The notes under the pieces were generated by a model that was not told the origin of the DNA, searched no databases, and saw nothing but the letters and a program-made list of their open reading frames with translations. Positions 23,810 to 36,635 of a stretch of DNA of 64,000 bases are shown piece after piece. The stretch spans positions 9,340 to 73,339 of the forward strand of contig DF237418.1 of NCBI GenBank assembly GCA_000708835.1, read 5' to 3'. A program made the translations under genes and the position numbers. This stretch comes from Klebsormidium nitens. Its lineage: Eukaryota; Plantae; Klebsormidiophyceae. Every line of letters begins with the position of its first letter. The stretch's first letter is position 1.

Positions 23810-25587
23810 TGGTGCCTTTACGAATGACCGTTCTCTGCATTCGAGCGGACAATTCAGCTCATTCGTTGTGTGCTGCAAGCTTCTCCCCAGCTCAAGTCCT
23901 CCAACACAACCTGAAGGGCTTTTCGATCTAAGTTTCACAAGCGCCATTGCATCCAAATGCATCCCCTCTTTCTTCAGTCTTGGGTTTGAAGTTGGAGCCA
24001 GTTGGAAAGTGTCATTTTCAAGAGCCTTCTTCCACTCCATGTTAGAGATAATATTAATAGTTAAAGGCTTTAACCCAACGGTTTTGTGCATTTTGCCCAG
24101 GCCCCGGTTAGAGTAACCATTAACGTTTTTGCGTGACCGAGTCCCTGCCACTCAGTGAAAAGCTGGAGCTGGACAGTTCTGCTGGCATTGGCAAAGCACG
24201 ATTGCTTCGATGGCCAATGCCAATGGCGACCCGCGTTGTGACTGCTAGGTAGCTTTCACATACCCCTTTCTTCAGCGTCAGCTTGTCCACGGCTCTACAG
24301 CGTTTGTTTGACCCTGCTCTATCTGCGCTTCGTCCACACAGAATGGAGGCGACGCTTGCTCTGCGCACTTCAGCGGCGCTTTCCAAAGTTGGTGGCATGC
24401 GAGCGGTTTTGGATTCATCGGTGGTTAGGTAAGCTTTCTGCATTGCTCGGTGGTTTGCAGCTTAAGCAAATGCTATCAACCAGCTGAACGTGCTTTGAGA
24501 GGGAATGCCGCCAAGTTCTTCTGATTGTGTTGTTGTTAGCACCATCAGAGCGCCATTCTTACATGGCAGCTTCATCATTGTGTGTCTCTTGGAGACGGTG
24601 CTGTCTATAAGTACTCCAAAAGTTGAAAATGAGCTTGCATCAGGGTGCCAATCCCTTTGTGCTTTCAGTAGCTGCTGCTGAATGTTTGGCACTTGACGCA
24701 TGCCGGGTGGCAAAAGTGGTTCAGTCAGACTGGTTTAGACAAACTTAGGAGTAGACTCAATTCTTGCTTCAACCTCTGCTCTGTTGATTAACTGTTTTCC
24801 ATCGCCTTATGATGCCAAATTGATGCCTGTCATTCAGCATGGATTCAGCGAGTACGAATTGTGGTGTGGAGCGTTACATTCTGGCATCAATTACTTGCTC
24901 AGATCCTCCTTGGTTGAGGTGGATACCGGTGGAGATGGAGGTGGAGAATGATATCTTTTTATCTATCTTGACATAAGTTCGTGGACTCCCAGAAGTCCTC
25001 CCCCTTCCTGTTCTGCTCCCCGCAACTTTTGCTGCTGTGACGAGTCCCGTCTTGCAGGGGTTTTGGCCTGTGCATGTATTCCACTGAGGGAGTCGAACTT
25101 CGCTTCTTTCTTCAGGTTTTGTATATCTGCTACATACCTTCTCATCACTGGGGCCTAAGATAACTCAATCTTTGTTCGGATTGCTGTAAATTCCTCCTCC
25201 ATCTTTCCGCAGACCCTGTTCTGTTCCGGCGATGAAAGCCGCCAGGCAATGCACTCTGGGGGCTCTCCAGGCACAGGGCCTTCTGCCGATGAACCCGCAG
25301 TCAAACCCATTGCAGCTGTGCCGACAACTGCAAGGGCATAGGATGCCTGTTTCAAGAACCAGGGGAAGCAGGTACGCACTCACTATTTGAGTTTTTGCAG
25401 TGAGAGAGTCTGACCTCGTATTGCTAAGCGGCCCTGGGAGTGGTGGTGCGAAAAAGACATTCAAAACTTGCCTGGCAGTTTCTCGTTCGGGTGGTTCTCG
25501 CAAACCACCGAGAACCACCGAAAAGTGGCCAGATCGGGCGGTGTTTTCTTTTTCCAAAACACCCCCTCCGTCGACCGCCGCTGGTTT

Positions 25588-25992
25588 TCACCTCCACGCC
25601 ACTTTGAAGTCCGGTCGAGTCAAGGGCGTGGTTGGGCAACTTTCCAGATACTCGCCGAAACTGAGCTCGGGTTTGCTCGGTTTGTGAAATCGGTGGACGC
25701 ATCCGAACCGAGTATTAGGAGTCTTTAACCACTGAGTTAAGCCAAAGCCTTGCAGCCCGCTTTTAAAGGATCGTGGTCCTTGTCCACTGGTATCTTCCTT
25801 CCAGTATGTCACCTGCGCGTTGTGTTTCTTCTTAGCTGCCTCGTAATACGTGTCGTTAGCTAGCAGACCCGACCGCTCAGCAGTGACCAGCAGTACGGAT
25901 ACACTTTGGTCACACCGATTGACTGGTTCTAGTTTTAATCCTGCTGAAGAGTCTTGACCGTCTTCTGCTGTAGACTTTTTCAGCACCGACAT
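25588..25992 (-). CDS. Possible first exon or short ORF of an unidentified gene (MSVLKKSTAEDG...)
   Basis: ATG-initiated 134-aa ORF with a candidate donor after ...KHNAQ. Downstream exons could not be joined. Confidence 0.2.
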   Translation of the reverse strand: MSVLKKSTAEDGQDSSAGLKLEPVNRCDQSVSVLLVTAERSGLLANDTYYEAAKKKHNAQVTYWKEDTSGQGPRSFKSGLQGFGLTQWLKTPNTRFGCVHRFHKPSKPELSFGEYLESCPTTPLTRPDFKVAWR

Positions 25993-26147
25993 CTGGTTCG
26001 TTTCGGGCCCAGGTAGCAGACTCGTTCATTCAGAGATTCGGCAACGGAAATGTCCGTTCCTGCTACACCAAGAACTTCTATCTTGATACCACATCTGGTC
26101 AGCGCTTGACAGCAAAATATTTCTCTGAACCTATCGCTCTATTGCAG

Positions 26148-27111
26148 ATCCGAACGGGCACGGCCCATCCGCTCATCCACCCGTCCAGAGTTTCAACCAC
26201 TCCCTGATCAAGCCCAGACAAATCCAAGTCCCAGTCTCGAGTCCTCCCCTCAAACCCCCCCCTTCGCCAGCCAAGCAAACACCCCCCCAGTGCGGCTCCC
26301 AGCCCCTCTTCTGCTCGCCCTCCGTATTCCCGCCTGTCAACAAGCCCTCACGTCAGCATCCCCACATTTCCGCCGCCTCACAGCGTCTGCAATCGCTGCT
26401 GGCCGGTTGCTCCTCTGGTTCGTTTCCGGACGGTACATCCCCTCGCAAATGAAGGTCCTTTTCACACTTCTCCGGGCCGAGCGCTTTTACCGGAAGCGCA
26501 TCCGCACAATCGACGGCCGGCAATTGCTGCACGAGCTGAACTTCTTCCCCGAATGTCCCGACTTGTCCAGCGTTTTCCCTGTGCTAGGCTATGCGTTCGT
26601 TCTCTCACGGGCGGTTCTCTCTTCGGTTAGCGCCCTGGGTTCAATAAACCTTTTGCATGGGTCGGCGGGGGTCCCCGGTCTTCCGGAAGTGGAGCTCCCG
26701 ACGATCGGCCGGAGCGTAGCTTATGAGTACCCGGACAAAAGCGATCAGCCGGAGACGCCGGGCTATCAACCGCTCGGGGAGTGGGTTGGGCCCCGAGGAA
26801 TGAAACCTTGGGAACGGAACATGATTACTATAACCCCGGAGGAGCGGAAGAAGCTATGGGAGAAGAACTTCAAAGAAGAGTCGCTGAACCCGTACAACAG
26901 CACGCCCAAGGAGCGCAAGATCCTCATCGCGCTAGCTGCGATCAGTTCGATCCTGACGCAGATGTGGATTATGCTCCATGCGCTGCTCTTGCCGTTCATT
27001 TTCCTGGGGCTAATGTACGCGTTTGAGAAGCCGCTGTTCTGGTTGTTAAGCCACCTGTACAAAGCACGGAAGCTCGTGGGTGACTACAAGGGGCCCTTGT
27101 CGCAGGGTTAA
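26148..27111 (+). CDS. Orphan protein with C-terminal hydrophobic helices (long single exon; true start unresolved)
   Basis: Frame open from about 26110 to TAA at 27111. Candidate acceptor TTGCAG at 26147; internal ATG at 26449. GC3-rich codons. Hydrophobic stretch ILIALAAISSILTQMWIMLHALLLPFIFLGLMYAFEKPLFWLL. Confidence 0.6.
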
Positions 27112-28265
27112 ACGCAGGTGCGATCGGAAGAGTCCTTGGATTGGATTGTTAAGCGGGACAGCATGGCAGAAGAGCAGAGGTTCGGCTTGTGCACTAGACA
27201 GACGACATAGCCATATGCACATATCGGGTGCACGGAGCTCACATGTTCATGTTGATTTTTTTTGTGAGAGGTTATGGTGGGCCTCTTCGATCCGTGCTGC
27301 ATAGGATTGCCGCGCGGAGGTATGCCCGCCCACATGCACGTGCTCTCTCGCCAATCAGGTCGCTCTAGATATGATTGGATTTCCTGGTGTACTGCGAATC
27401 CAACCGTCCCGACCAGCTACAGTAGCTTGATCCCACCTATACATGTACGCCATATTTTATGTTCTTATGGGGTCGGACCAATGGAAACCAAGCCATAATT
27501 GCGCATGGCACAACAACATATACGACTTGAGTTGCGTATGTACCACGAGCATTTGGAAGCGCAGCCATTTAGTTTGATAATACTCGCTGAACTTCGCGAG
27601 ATAGAACATTCAATGCGTGGCGCCGTATAACGGGCGATCATGTGCATGTTTACGTCTCGTAAGGCCATGTGAGTAATAATAATTTGCATGACGCTTATAC
27701 ATGGACGCACTTCAATGCACAAACACTGCTTTGAGCGGGCCCACGTAGTCATGGCGGCAGCTTGGCACAAGGCTTGCCTGACTGTGCAACCCCATGCCAG
27801 CGCCGCCGTGGCGATCTTAGCTCATATGATGCACCAAACCGTGAAAAGTGAGCTATGATGAGCGTGAGCACAAGCGCAAAGCCGACTGTCCCCGTTCGAT
27901 TTAGTACCGTCATATCCTCAAATAGTGCGATCTCTGCAGGATCCGGCCCACAGTGGCATAACCAGTTTTCACAAGACTTACTTGAATGAAGGACATCCGT
28001 GAGTAAGCTGGCTCAGACGTCCTGACATGTACGTGCCAGGACCCCATGCGAAGAAACTGATGATGACTCATAGTAATCACGTCACAAGGTCGCCCATGCA
28101 ATCGAATTCGTTGCGGCTTACGCAGAGATCTAGCGGGTCGATCGCCGAGATAGATTATAAAACGACTGTCGGTTCAAAACGTTTAAATAAGTTTGATGGT
28201 GTCAGCCCTGCCGACTGTTGACCACTTGGCTCACAGACTATGTACACTTCAGGTTCCGTACCCAA

Positions 28266-31200
28266 TCAGGCTTGCAAGATCAGCTGGGACGATGGCGGAA
28301 ACTTGAGTTGATCATTAACCTGCAGCGGAAAGTCTTTGATGACGGTTCTCAAGAGAAAGAATTTGTCAAAAGCTTGGTGGCTCTGGGGTTGAGTGCCATT
28401 GGGCGACTTTGAAGGGCTCGAAGACAGCAACTCGTCGCCAGAGCCACCTTTCCGCGCTCGCGTCGTCTCCAGGTCCGCGTTCCAGCGGAACAACAGCAGA
28501 AACGGTCACATTTTGGGTGAATGTTTCTTTTGGGCACAAAGTCTGCCCACCAAGGCAGAGCAGTAGCTGCTGGGCCGAAAATAAGCTCTCAAATTCAAGA
28601 TTTTAGGAAGCATGGCAAAGACTTTTTGAATGTCTGTCGTACTTTATTATTCGTCGATCGCTGTCTGATACCATCAGGTTAAGAAGTGCTTTGTGTATGT
28701 GACGTACCTTGGCAGCCATGTATTGTGAGAGCAGCTGCCGGATCTCCGTGTTTTGGCTCTCGATTGCCCGGATATCTTCCAAAGTGTTCGCTCTGCAAAA
28801 GACGAAGCCACGACGTCAACCGGAGTGGCGAGCATCGGGAAAAGCACGAATCGCTTCAGATGCAAAAAAATGAAGCCTTCTTCTGAAACACAAACATCAT
28901 ATTGACTGTTGCAGACAGTGACTTGCGGCTTGCATTCCCCAACTGAGCAACTGAAGGACTTGACTTTAACTTTTCAACCCAACAAATGAAGGTGGGACTA
29001 TGAGAATCGAGTGACGGCCTCGAACAGTTGCCTCGGCCCGCCATAGTGTAGGAAGAGCTTGCAACTGTATTTTGAGATCATGTCTCGACATCCATCGCCG
29101 TATCTGGCAACGACAGTCTCATGGATACAAGTCCAGCCTCTTCACTGCCAATGCAAGGTCTCCTAAGAAGAAAGACTGCTTCCACGGATTTACACTCAAG
29201 GGATCCTCTTATAGCCGCTCACCTCTGCGTCAGCAGCTTATGGTACTGCATCTGCGCCGCCTCGAGCGCGCCCCACGCGCGCGCGCTCTTCTCCGCGACC
29301 ACGTTCGCCATTCGCTGCCAGTACTCCCGCTCCTCGCCCGGTTCCCGTAACCCGGTCGTTTTCCGACTCAGGCTCTTCGTCAGTTTCAGGCTCTGGTAAC
29401 CCCCGGTTATCTTCAACTGGGCTTCCACGAAAGCCCGCAGCTGGCGCGCCACGCGGTCTGGGGGGATCGTGCCAGGGGGATCCCTCTCCGAGCCCTGTGT
29501 AAGGTAGGACTGCAGACTGGCGAGGGCGACCGGAGAAGAGACTCCGAGGCAGCCTAAGAGGGCGTCGACCGACACGAGGGAAGGGCCTTGGGAGGCGTCT
29601 GCGAGAAAGAGATATTTGCTGACTTCAGCGAAGGGAAAGTGGTGCCGTCATCAGGGTTCTGTGCAGCAATAAGTACGATAATGGGTCGAGTTCAGGGTAA
29701 AGAAGACTGGATCAGCTTTCAGCGAAGCGTTCAAATTTGGCGTGAAGGGTACTGTTTCTTCGCATATAGCGCCCGCATGATAGACAGACACAGGAAAGAA
29801 GGCGTCGCTGGACCGGTACCCTGAGCGACTGTTTAGCGGAGGTTGCGCTCGGACGGCCGCCCCAAAAAGCACGTGCACAAAGAGTTGCAGCGACACGTGG
29901 TCACGTCTCAAGGACTGTAAGTCGCCGGAGGGCCACGTGGGGGACGCCCTCTTAAGCGTTCTTCATGCGCGTCGATGCGCGACAAGCGTATTTCTGTTTT
30001 GGGCACATATTGCCTTCTTCAGATGGAGGGTCGAAACGTCTTGATGATAGACGGCCTACCTTGAGCTTTTTCAGAGTCCATATAACGGAAATGTCTTACT
30101 CAATTTTCACGGCCTCGACCAAGAATCCAGCACGACAGGTTCGTTGAAGCCCGGAGCTTTTGATTGCCCGTCAAAAGTGTCAAAGCTCACGGCAAAGCCG
30201 TTGGCGTGCAGATACCAAGCCACTTACGGCCCAGAACGTGGAAGACGCCGAACTGCTGTCGATCCAGATCGACCGAAACCGTCATGCGTCCGAGGTCTCA
30301 ACGCGGACAGCCTGCCGAACGCCTCTGGGCAAAGTTTCAGAAAGGAACTGTCATGATATTAATCAGGCCCGCGTACTACTTCTTCAATTAGCGCGTACGA
30401 CATGGTCCGAATAACGTCCGAAAACTGCCCAACTGAGCTTCCATTTGAGTTGCCGTGTTAACAACTGAGCTTCCATTTGAGTTGGCGTGTTAACCCGTCC
30501 GGAAACTCACCGCGTACGACCTCCCGGCTCGACCCTTCATAAGCGTCAATCACGATTTGCTCACAAGGCTCATTGATCGGACAAAGATGTCTCTGAAAAG
30601 TGTCCGAAAACCGTCCGAAAACCGTCCGAAACACTCACCGCGTACGACCTCCTCGACTTTCCCTGGCACCAGATAGCCCGCTTCGTCGCACAGCATCTGC
30701 AGCATCTGTCGGTACTCTTCCCCGACCGCCTCTAGCCAGCTCCCCTCGCGCTCCCCGGGGGGGTCCTCCGGCGCCTCATTCTCTCCCCCCTCCGCGGGCA
30801 GATTCCCCACCGGTTGGAATAGATCCGCCGAGGGGGGGTGCCACGCCCATCCTAGTTGCTGCTCGTGCAGCACCTTGTCCGCGCGCAGGAGTGATGTCAC
30901 CAGCCGCGCGGCCTTGCCCTGCTTCATCTCGAACAGCTGCGCGTACTGCGTCCGGTCGGTGCGCGCGAAGTGCGCGACCTTGTCCTGCGGGCCGGATTTG
31001 CAGGGCTTTTGGGATTTTCAGTTTTTAAACTTTTAGGTCTTAAGATTGAAGTTTTAGAGTTTAGAGGTTTTTGAATTCGATTAAGGTTTGAACGTCAATC
31101 GCCATGAGCGTTTCCGTATTAGCCCTGGCTTAGTAGCGAAGGAATCACGGTGTTACGGATGCGAAGCGCGTAAGCTTTGATCCACTGCTCTATGACGCGT

Positions 31201-34200
31201 TGATCTTTTGACTCATGGCGCTTGCGATTCGTAGAATCGAAAGCTCTACGATTTGGATTTTTGGAAATTGCCGCGAGGCACCACAGTGGGAGCACTCTCG
31301 GCGCAGGTGACAAATACGACCTCATTCATTAAAGGACCATACGCGTGTCAGACCTGAGCATCCGGGGATCAGATCGTCAGTTGACACAGATCCTGAACCG
31401 CAAAAAATCATCCAGATTCGATGTCTTCTTGGCATGTCTAACAAGAGAGTCTGCCTAGTCTCTTGTGTACGCATGCATCGACGTTGATATGCACAGGTCA
31501 CCACGGCCGCATACGCAATCTTGCGTGCTACAGCTCTCCACGTAACATAAGCTCGACTACCTACAAGACAAAGCCGACCGAATGTATTTGTGCGTACGCA
31601 ACCCCACCTGCAGATCTTTGAATTGTTCCGTACAGCGGCGGTACTCGTCCGTGACGCGCAGGTCGGCTTCCCGCTGACGTTTCTCCACGTCAGCGGCCGC
31701 GGCTTTCAGGCCGCTGAGCACGTCACGCTGACGCGCGAGCTTCCGCTTTTGCGCGGCGACGGTGGAACCGTTTTCCGTGTCGCGCTCCAGAAGGACGCGC
31801 CAATTGTACTCCAACTTTTCCGTGTTTAGCTGCGCAAGCAAGAAATGAATCCCCTTTAAATCTTTGATTGCTTTATTTCTTCGTGTTAGCAAGAATTGAA
31901 TCCTCTTCAAATTTGTTTTTGTTTTGGGTCTGAGAACATTCGTAAGTTTTGGCGGTATAAAGTAATGTTTTCCGCGGCCAGCTATATTCCGTGTTGAGCT
32001 GCGCAAGCGAAAAAGGCTACGAGAAGCTTGAGGAAGTTAGGCCGGGCAGTCACAGGGGAGGATGAAGAACTTCTACTGATCCGGGGTGAAATAGTTAAAG
32101 TTTGAGTACGAGAAAAGTTAGACAAGCCCATCGAATTACCCGGACGTGCTGCAGGTTTTGTTCCAAATTTCCAATCACTGACGTCCATCTGACGCCCATC
32201 TGACGTCAAATTCGATGTCTCTCGATGTATCTGGCCAAGTCTTTCATCGTTTTAAGCGTGCCGGACGCCTTCCATAGCAAACATGAAAACGTCCGAAAGT
32301 CACGATAGGCTGTAGATCCCGTTCCAGGTTCTGAAGGTCACAAACCTCTATACATACAGAGCGCCCCACATGTCGGACATGGTCTTCCGATCTCCTAAGG
32401 TTAAATGACGAAATGTACGAAAAATGTAGGGATTACAAGAAGACGCGGCAAAAAAATGAGAGGACGCGTCGTGATTGGTCAGGAGGAGAACCGAGACGGA
32501 AGTAAGTACAGTGTTCAAGAAGGGGGAGCGGATCCCTACTTGATAGGTCGCCCGCATGTGCTGCAAGTGTTGCTCCAGGTTGTGGATGTCCGTCTCGAGC
32601 TGCCCCTTGAGGCGCGCGTACTGCTCCGCGTCGCTCGCGCGCAGCGCCTCCAGCGCGGCCCAGTACTCGCCCGTCGCGGCCGCGCAGCGCTCCAGGAACG
32701 CGTTCTCGCGCGCGCGCCGCGCCTCGAAGAGGGCAGCGATCTCGGCCTTGTTGCTGCGGAGCAGAGTATGAGTGAAAAATCAGCAATCAGTGCTCCGTGT
32801 TGATCGTTAAATCGGCTGATTCCCAAACCCCTATGAAATCCAGAAACAAAAAGCTTCGAATTTCCAAGTTTTCGAGGCTCCTGTACTTCCGCTGGAAAAA
32901 CGCGTCCGGTGGCGAATATGCTCCGAGTGATCCTGAAATTTTCCAGCAATACGTCTGTACTGTTTGAAAGCTGCGCCGGCAGGCCGCTAAAAGTCGAACG
33001 ATGCCCGAAAACGCTGCATGATCTGGAAGATAGAGAAAGTAAGACTCGCCAGATGTGTCTTCCTCGGTGAACCGACCGGTCTCCGACAAGCTCGAGCGCT
33101 GCTAAGTGGTCCTGTAAAGCTTCACTCTTCTACCACTCTTTTTCAACACAAACCGAAAGCAAAATAATCGAGAATCCAAAGAGGGGGAACTCTGTAGAGA
33201 CCTTTGACTGCTTAAGGGGCTGCCAGCTATTCCTGGCCTGTAGCACTTTGAAGCTGCTCATACACCAAGACCGTCAAAACTGAAAATAGATCATGGTGGT
33301 GTCGAATGGCGGCGGCCTATGACCCGATCTGCGCCCCTCAATTCCCAAAAACTCACGCCCGACCCTCAATAAAGCCTCGTTCATGCGCCGCCAAGTCTTC
33401 CCAGTAAGCCGCCTTTGGACCTTGCCAGCCGTATAAGGACGGTCGGAAGAGAGGGCTCGAACAGATTACAAAACCAAAAAATGAAAGCGCTTTCTATGAA
33501 ATGCATATAGAGGAACAGATTTACATATATGGCTTCTCACTTGGTCAAGAGGCGCGCTCGGTCCGCCAAAAAGCTCCTCTCGAGCGCGGCCAAGTCCTCC
33601 CGGTAGGCGGCCTGCAGCGCCTGGAAGCTGCGGCGACACGCGGCCAGCAGCGCCTCGATGTCGGTCGCCGCCTGCTTCAGCGCGCGCACGTAGTCCTCGT
33701 CCTTGTCCTTCAGGACCGCGCGCAGGTCGCCGATGAGGGCGTCTTTGTTTGCGATCACCGCAGCACACGCCTGGGAGAGACGTAGGTCAGTTTTAGTAGT
33801 GGAAATTTGGAAACAAAAACAAAGAATAGCCGGGAAACGCAATGCTGTGGGCGGAAATGTAGTCCTCGTCCTTGTCCTTCAGAACCGCGCGCAAGTCGCT
33901 GATGAGGGCGTCTTTGTTTGTGATCACCGCAGCACACGCCTGGGGAAGCCGTAGATCGATTTAGTGGAGGGGAGAAGAAAAGCTTTTTTGGATGGAGGGA
34001 GAGAGCAATAATGTAGTGGGATAATAGAATTCTCGTTCTTTCCTTTCAGGACCGGGTGCAGGTCGCCGGTGAGGGCATCTTTGTTTGCGATCACCGCAGC
34101 ACACGCCTGTTAGAGGGCATAGAGTAGCAAAATCAAGGGGGGCCTTCTGCGATACAAAAGAGAGAACTCGGTTGGGCTTTCGAGTGCTTGAAAAGCGCGG

Positions 34201-36635
34201 GTGAGTTGCCGACGAGAGAGGTTGCGATAACCGCAGACTTTGGGTGGAAAGGTCCAACGTCAAAAGGGAAACAGCCACGCCTGAGGGAACAGCTGGAGCG
34301 ACTTAGTGGGGAGTAAAAAGATAAATAATGGATAGGATGGGAGGGAAAGAATGTTGAGGAGCATTTAAAGGACTTATCCTTGTCTTTCAGAACCGCGCGC
34401 AGGTTGCCGATGAGGGCGTCTTTGTCGTAATGACAGCAGCAAACGGCTGGGCGCCAAAAGTTGGAGCATTAAGATAAAGGTTGAGAAGCAGAAGATACGC
34501 GGACGTTCAAAGGAAGAAGGAAGCATCTAGCGGAGTACATAAAGCTCATCCTCGTCCAGGATTAAAGGTTAAAAATGTCATCCAAAATGGTCGGCTCTTG
34601 CCTCTCAACTCTGAGTTCGGCGTCTCGGAAGGTCCAAAATTGGTCGAGACAAATATATCATCATTAACGATCTCTTCTGAAATCACTCAAGAACAAACAC
34701 TTACCTGGCGCTGTTTTTCGATGTCGGCCGCCAAGTCTTGCGGCACCCCCGGTGTGAACAGGGCCGCCCACTTGGCCGCCACGTCAGCGTTGCTCTTCAG
34801 GCTCGCCTCCGCCTCAGCGAGAACCGCCGTCCGCAGGTTCTGCAAAAAGAGCCAACAGCGTCTCGCTCGTTGTCTCGTTAATTTCGTCAAAAAAATATTC
34901 GCCAGAGGGGTTCACGATGTCTCGTTCAACTCATTCGCCAGAGGTGTTTTCTGGTGTCTCGTAAAACCTCGTGAAAGACTCTCGCCAGGGGTAATTAAGT
35001 TGTCTTCTTAACCCTGTGACGTAAACACTAGCCAGAGGTGGTTATGCTCTCCCGGTAACCTTGTCAACTCAACACTCGCCAGAGGGGATTGTGTCGTCCC
35101 ATGACTTCATTTAAAACTCTCGTCAGAGGTCGTAGTGCTGTCTCGTTTAACCCCGTTGAATAAACTCTCGCCAGAGGTAGTTGTACTGTAGTTAACCTCG
35201 TTTAAGATAAGCCCTCGCCAGGGGCGGTTGTGCTGTCCTTAACCTTGGTATTGCATCACTCCCCGAGGCGATTGTGACGTTTGGACTCGTTGCCACCAGA
35301 AGCCGCGGCATCAATGGTCAGTAGTCTGAGCGCATCTGACCTCAGTATTCCAAGAACCATGTCTGTTTTCCACAAGAGCCATTAGGGAACTGTAAGACGT
35401 GCCTACCTGTCTCTGTTCTTCCTCCTTCTGCCGCCGCCGCTGTTCTCGCTCGTCTCCAGCGACGCGTGGAGCCGTGACGTCCGCATTGCCTCTCAGCTGC
35501 GACAGAAAGAAATTCACCGGGCTCGATTCCCAACGTGTTCGAGCTCATTTTTTGACGACGTTCAGCTCGTTTTGACAATTCTGGGACTCACCTTTCGCCC
35601 AAAGAAAGGCCTGCAGTTGCCAACGCACCGATGAAAGTCCAAGCGCACAATCTTTCAGCTAGCATGTGGGAAGAGCGAAGATAGCAATTCTTCAAAGTTA
35701 CAAGTAGTTCAAAACGCACAGGATGGCATGTGTGCTGCTCGAGTGTGCTCAACATGTGGGGGCTATGTCATTACTCATCACATGGGCGTGGGTCCTCATC
35801 CCTATGAAAACAACCAGTAACAGATTCTCACAAGGCCATTTGCATGGCATCTGTACCACCGTTTGGTAAACAACTAGCAGTACCATAGTCTCTTACGTAG
35901 GCCTCCAAGTTTGTGGGAATGTCTTCATCGGCCGGCCGCTTTTTTCCGCTGGGCCAGCACCAAGCCAGCGTCTTTAACTAGGACAACCGCTCCCTGAGAT
36001 CGCTTTCAAGGCAGTTGGGTAACCGCCAGGTCAGCGCCACGTCAGCGCACGGCTGTCAGGTGGCGCGCTCACCTTGAGGCGAGCGAGGCGCAGCAACACC
36101 TGCGCCTTGTGCGCTTTTCCGAGGTGGGGGTCACGCTTCTCTTCCTCCGCGGCTTTGCGCGCCCCTGCGGTTAGAGGTAAGGTTAGCACAAACTGAGCAG
36201 AAATAGCTGGCAGTTAAGTGAATTAAACGCAGGTTAAGGGCAGGGTTTCGGCGGATGTAGGGATTTCACCCGCATGAGGAAGCGGCGAGAGGTCCAAAGA
36301 GAGCATCTTCGGAGAGACGAGCTACGCGGAAGAGCACAGGGCTAAGCGATTGCAGCTGACTGTTAGGTTCCAAAGCTGCGCCAAAAGTGTACCTTCATCT
36401 GCCAGCTTGGGATGCGCAATGCTGCTGAAGCTCAAAATCTTGAGCGCAAGTGTGATGCTTCAACCTGTCAGACTTTTAAACCTAATATATTCCATTTACC
36501 GAAGTCTAGCATCCCCATCGATCTCTTACCCCCATCAGCAGCATCCCTGGTCGCCTGGATACGCGCTTGGATGCGCGCCCTCCGAGCAGCGATCCGCTCC
36601 TCCCGCCCATTTCCCCCAGGCAGTGCAGGCTCCAT
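28266..36635 (-). CDS. DRC1: Dynein regulatory complex subunit 1 (CCDC164); exons 36635-36530, 36164-36073, 35496-35407, 34839-34705, 33770-33541, 32753-32540, 31829-31608, 30984-30639, 29598-29223, 28792-28708, 28319-28266 (about 649 aa)
   Basis: ERIAARRARIQAR, NKDALIGDLRAVLKDKDEDYVRALK, YQLNTEKLEYN.RVL, DKVLHEQQLGWAW, LCDEAGYL, EYWQRMANVV and QYHKLLTQR...QYM..KVNDQLKFPP match DRC1 as recalled. All phases are consistent. Confidence 0.92.
30431..30494 (+). repeat. 32-bp tandem duplication in DRC1 intron 8
   Basis: AACTGAGCTTCCATTTGAGTTG(C/G)CGTGTTAAC twice, 1 mismatch. Confidence 0.9.
34895..35275 (+). repeat. Degenerate ~47-bp minisatellite with conserved core TCGCCAGAGG in DRC1 intron 3
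   Basis: Cores at 34899, 34935, 34982, 35029, 35076, 35120, 35168, 35215 and a degenerate one near 35261. Spacings 36, 47, 47, 47, 44, 48, 47. Confidence 0.85.

Noticed and set aside
30600-33842. Numerous 70-140 aa ORFs overlapping DRC1 exons on the opposite strand or in other frames
   Set aside because: Shadow ORFs expected from GC-rich coding sequence; the same applies to overlaps on the VPS18, DBR1 and bestrophin exons.
34895-35275. CRISPR array interpretation of the 47-bp repeats
   Set aside because: The conserved part is only about 10 bp, the spacers are mutually similar, it lies in a eukaryotic intron, and no cas genes are present. Kept as a minisatellite.
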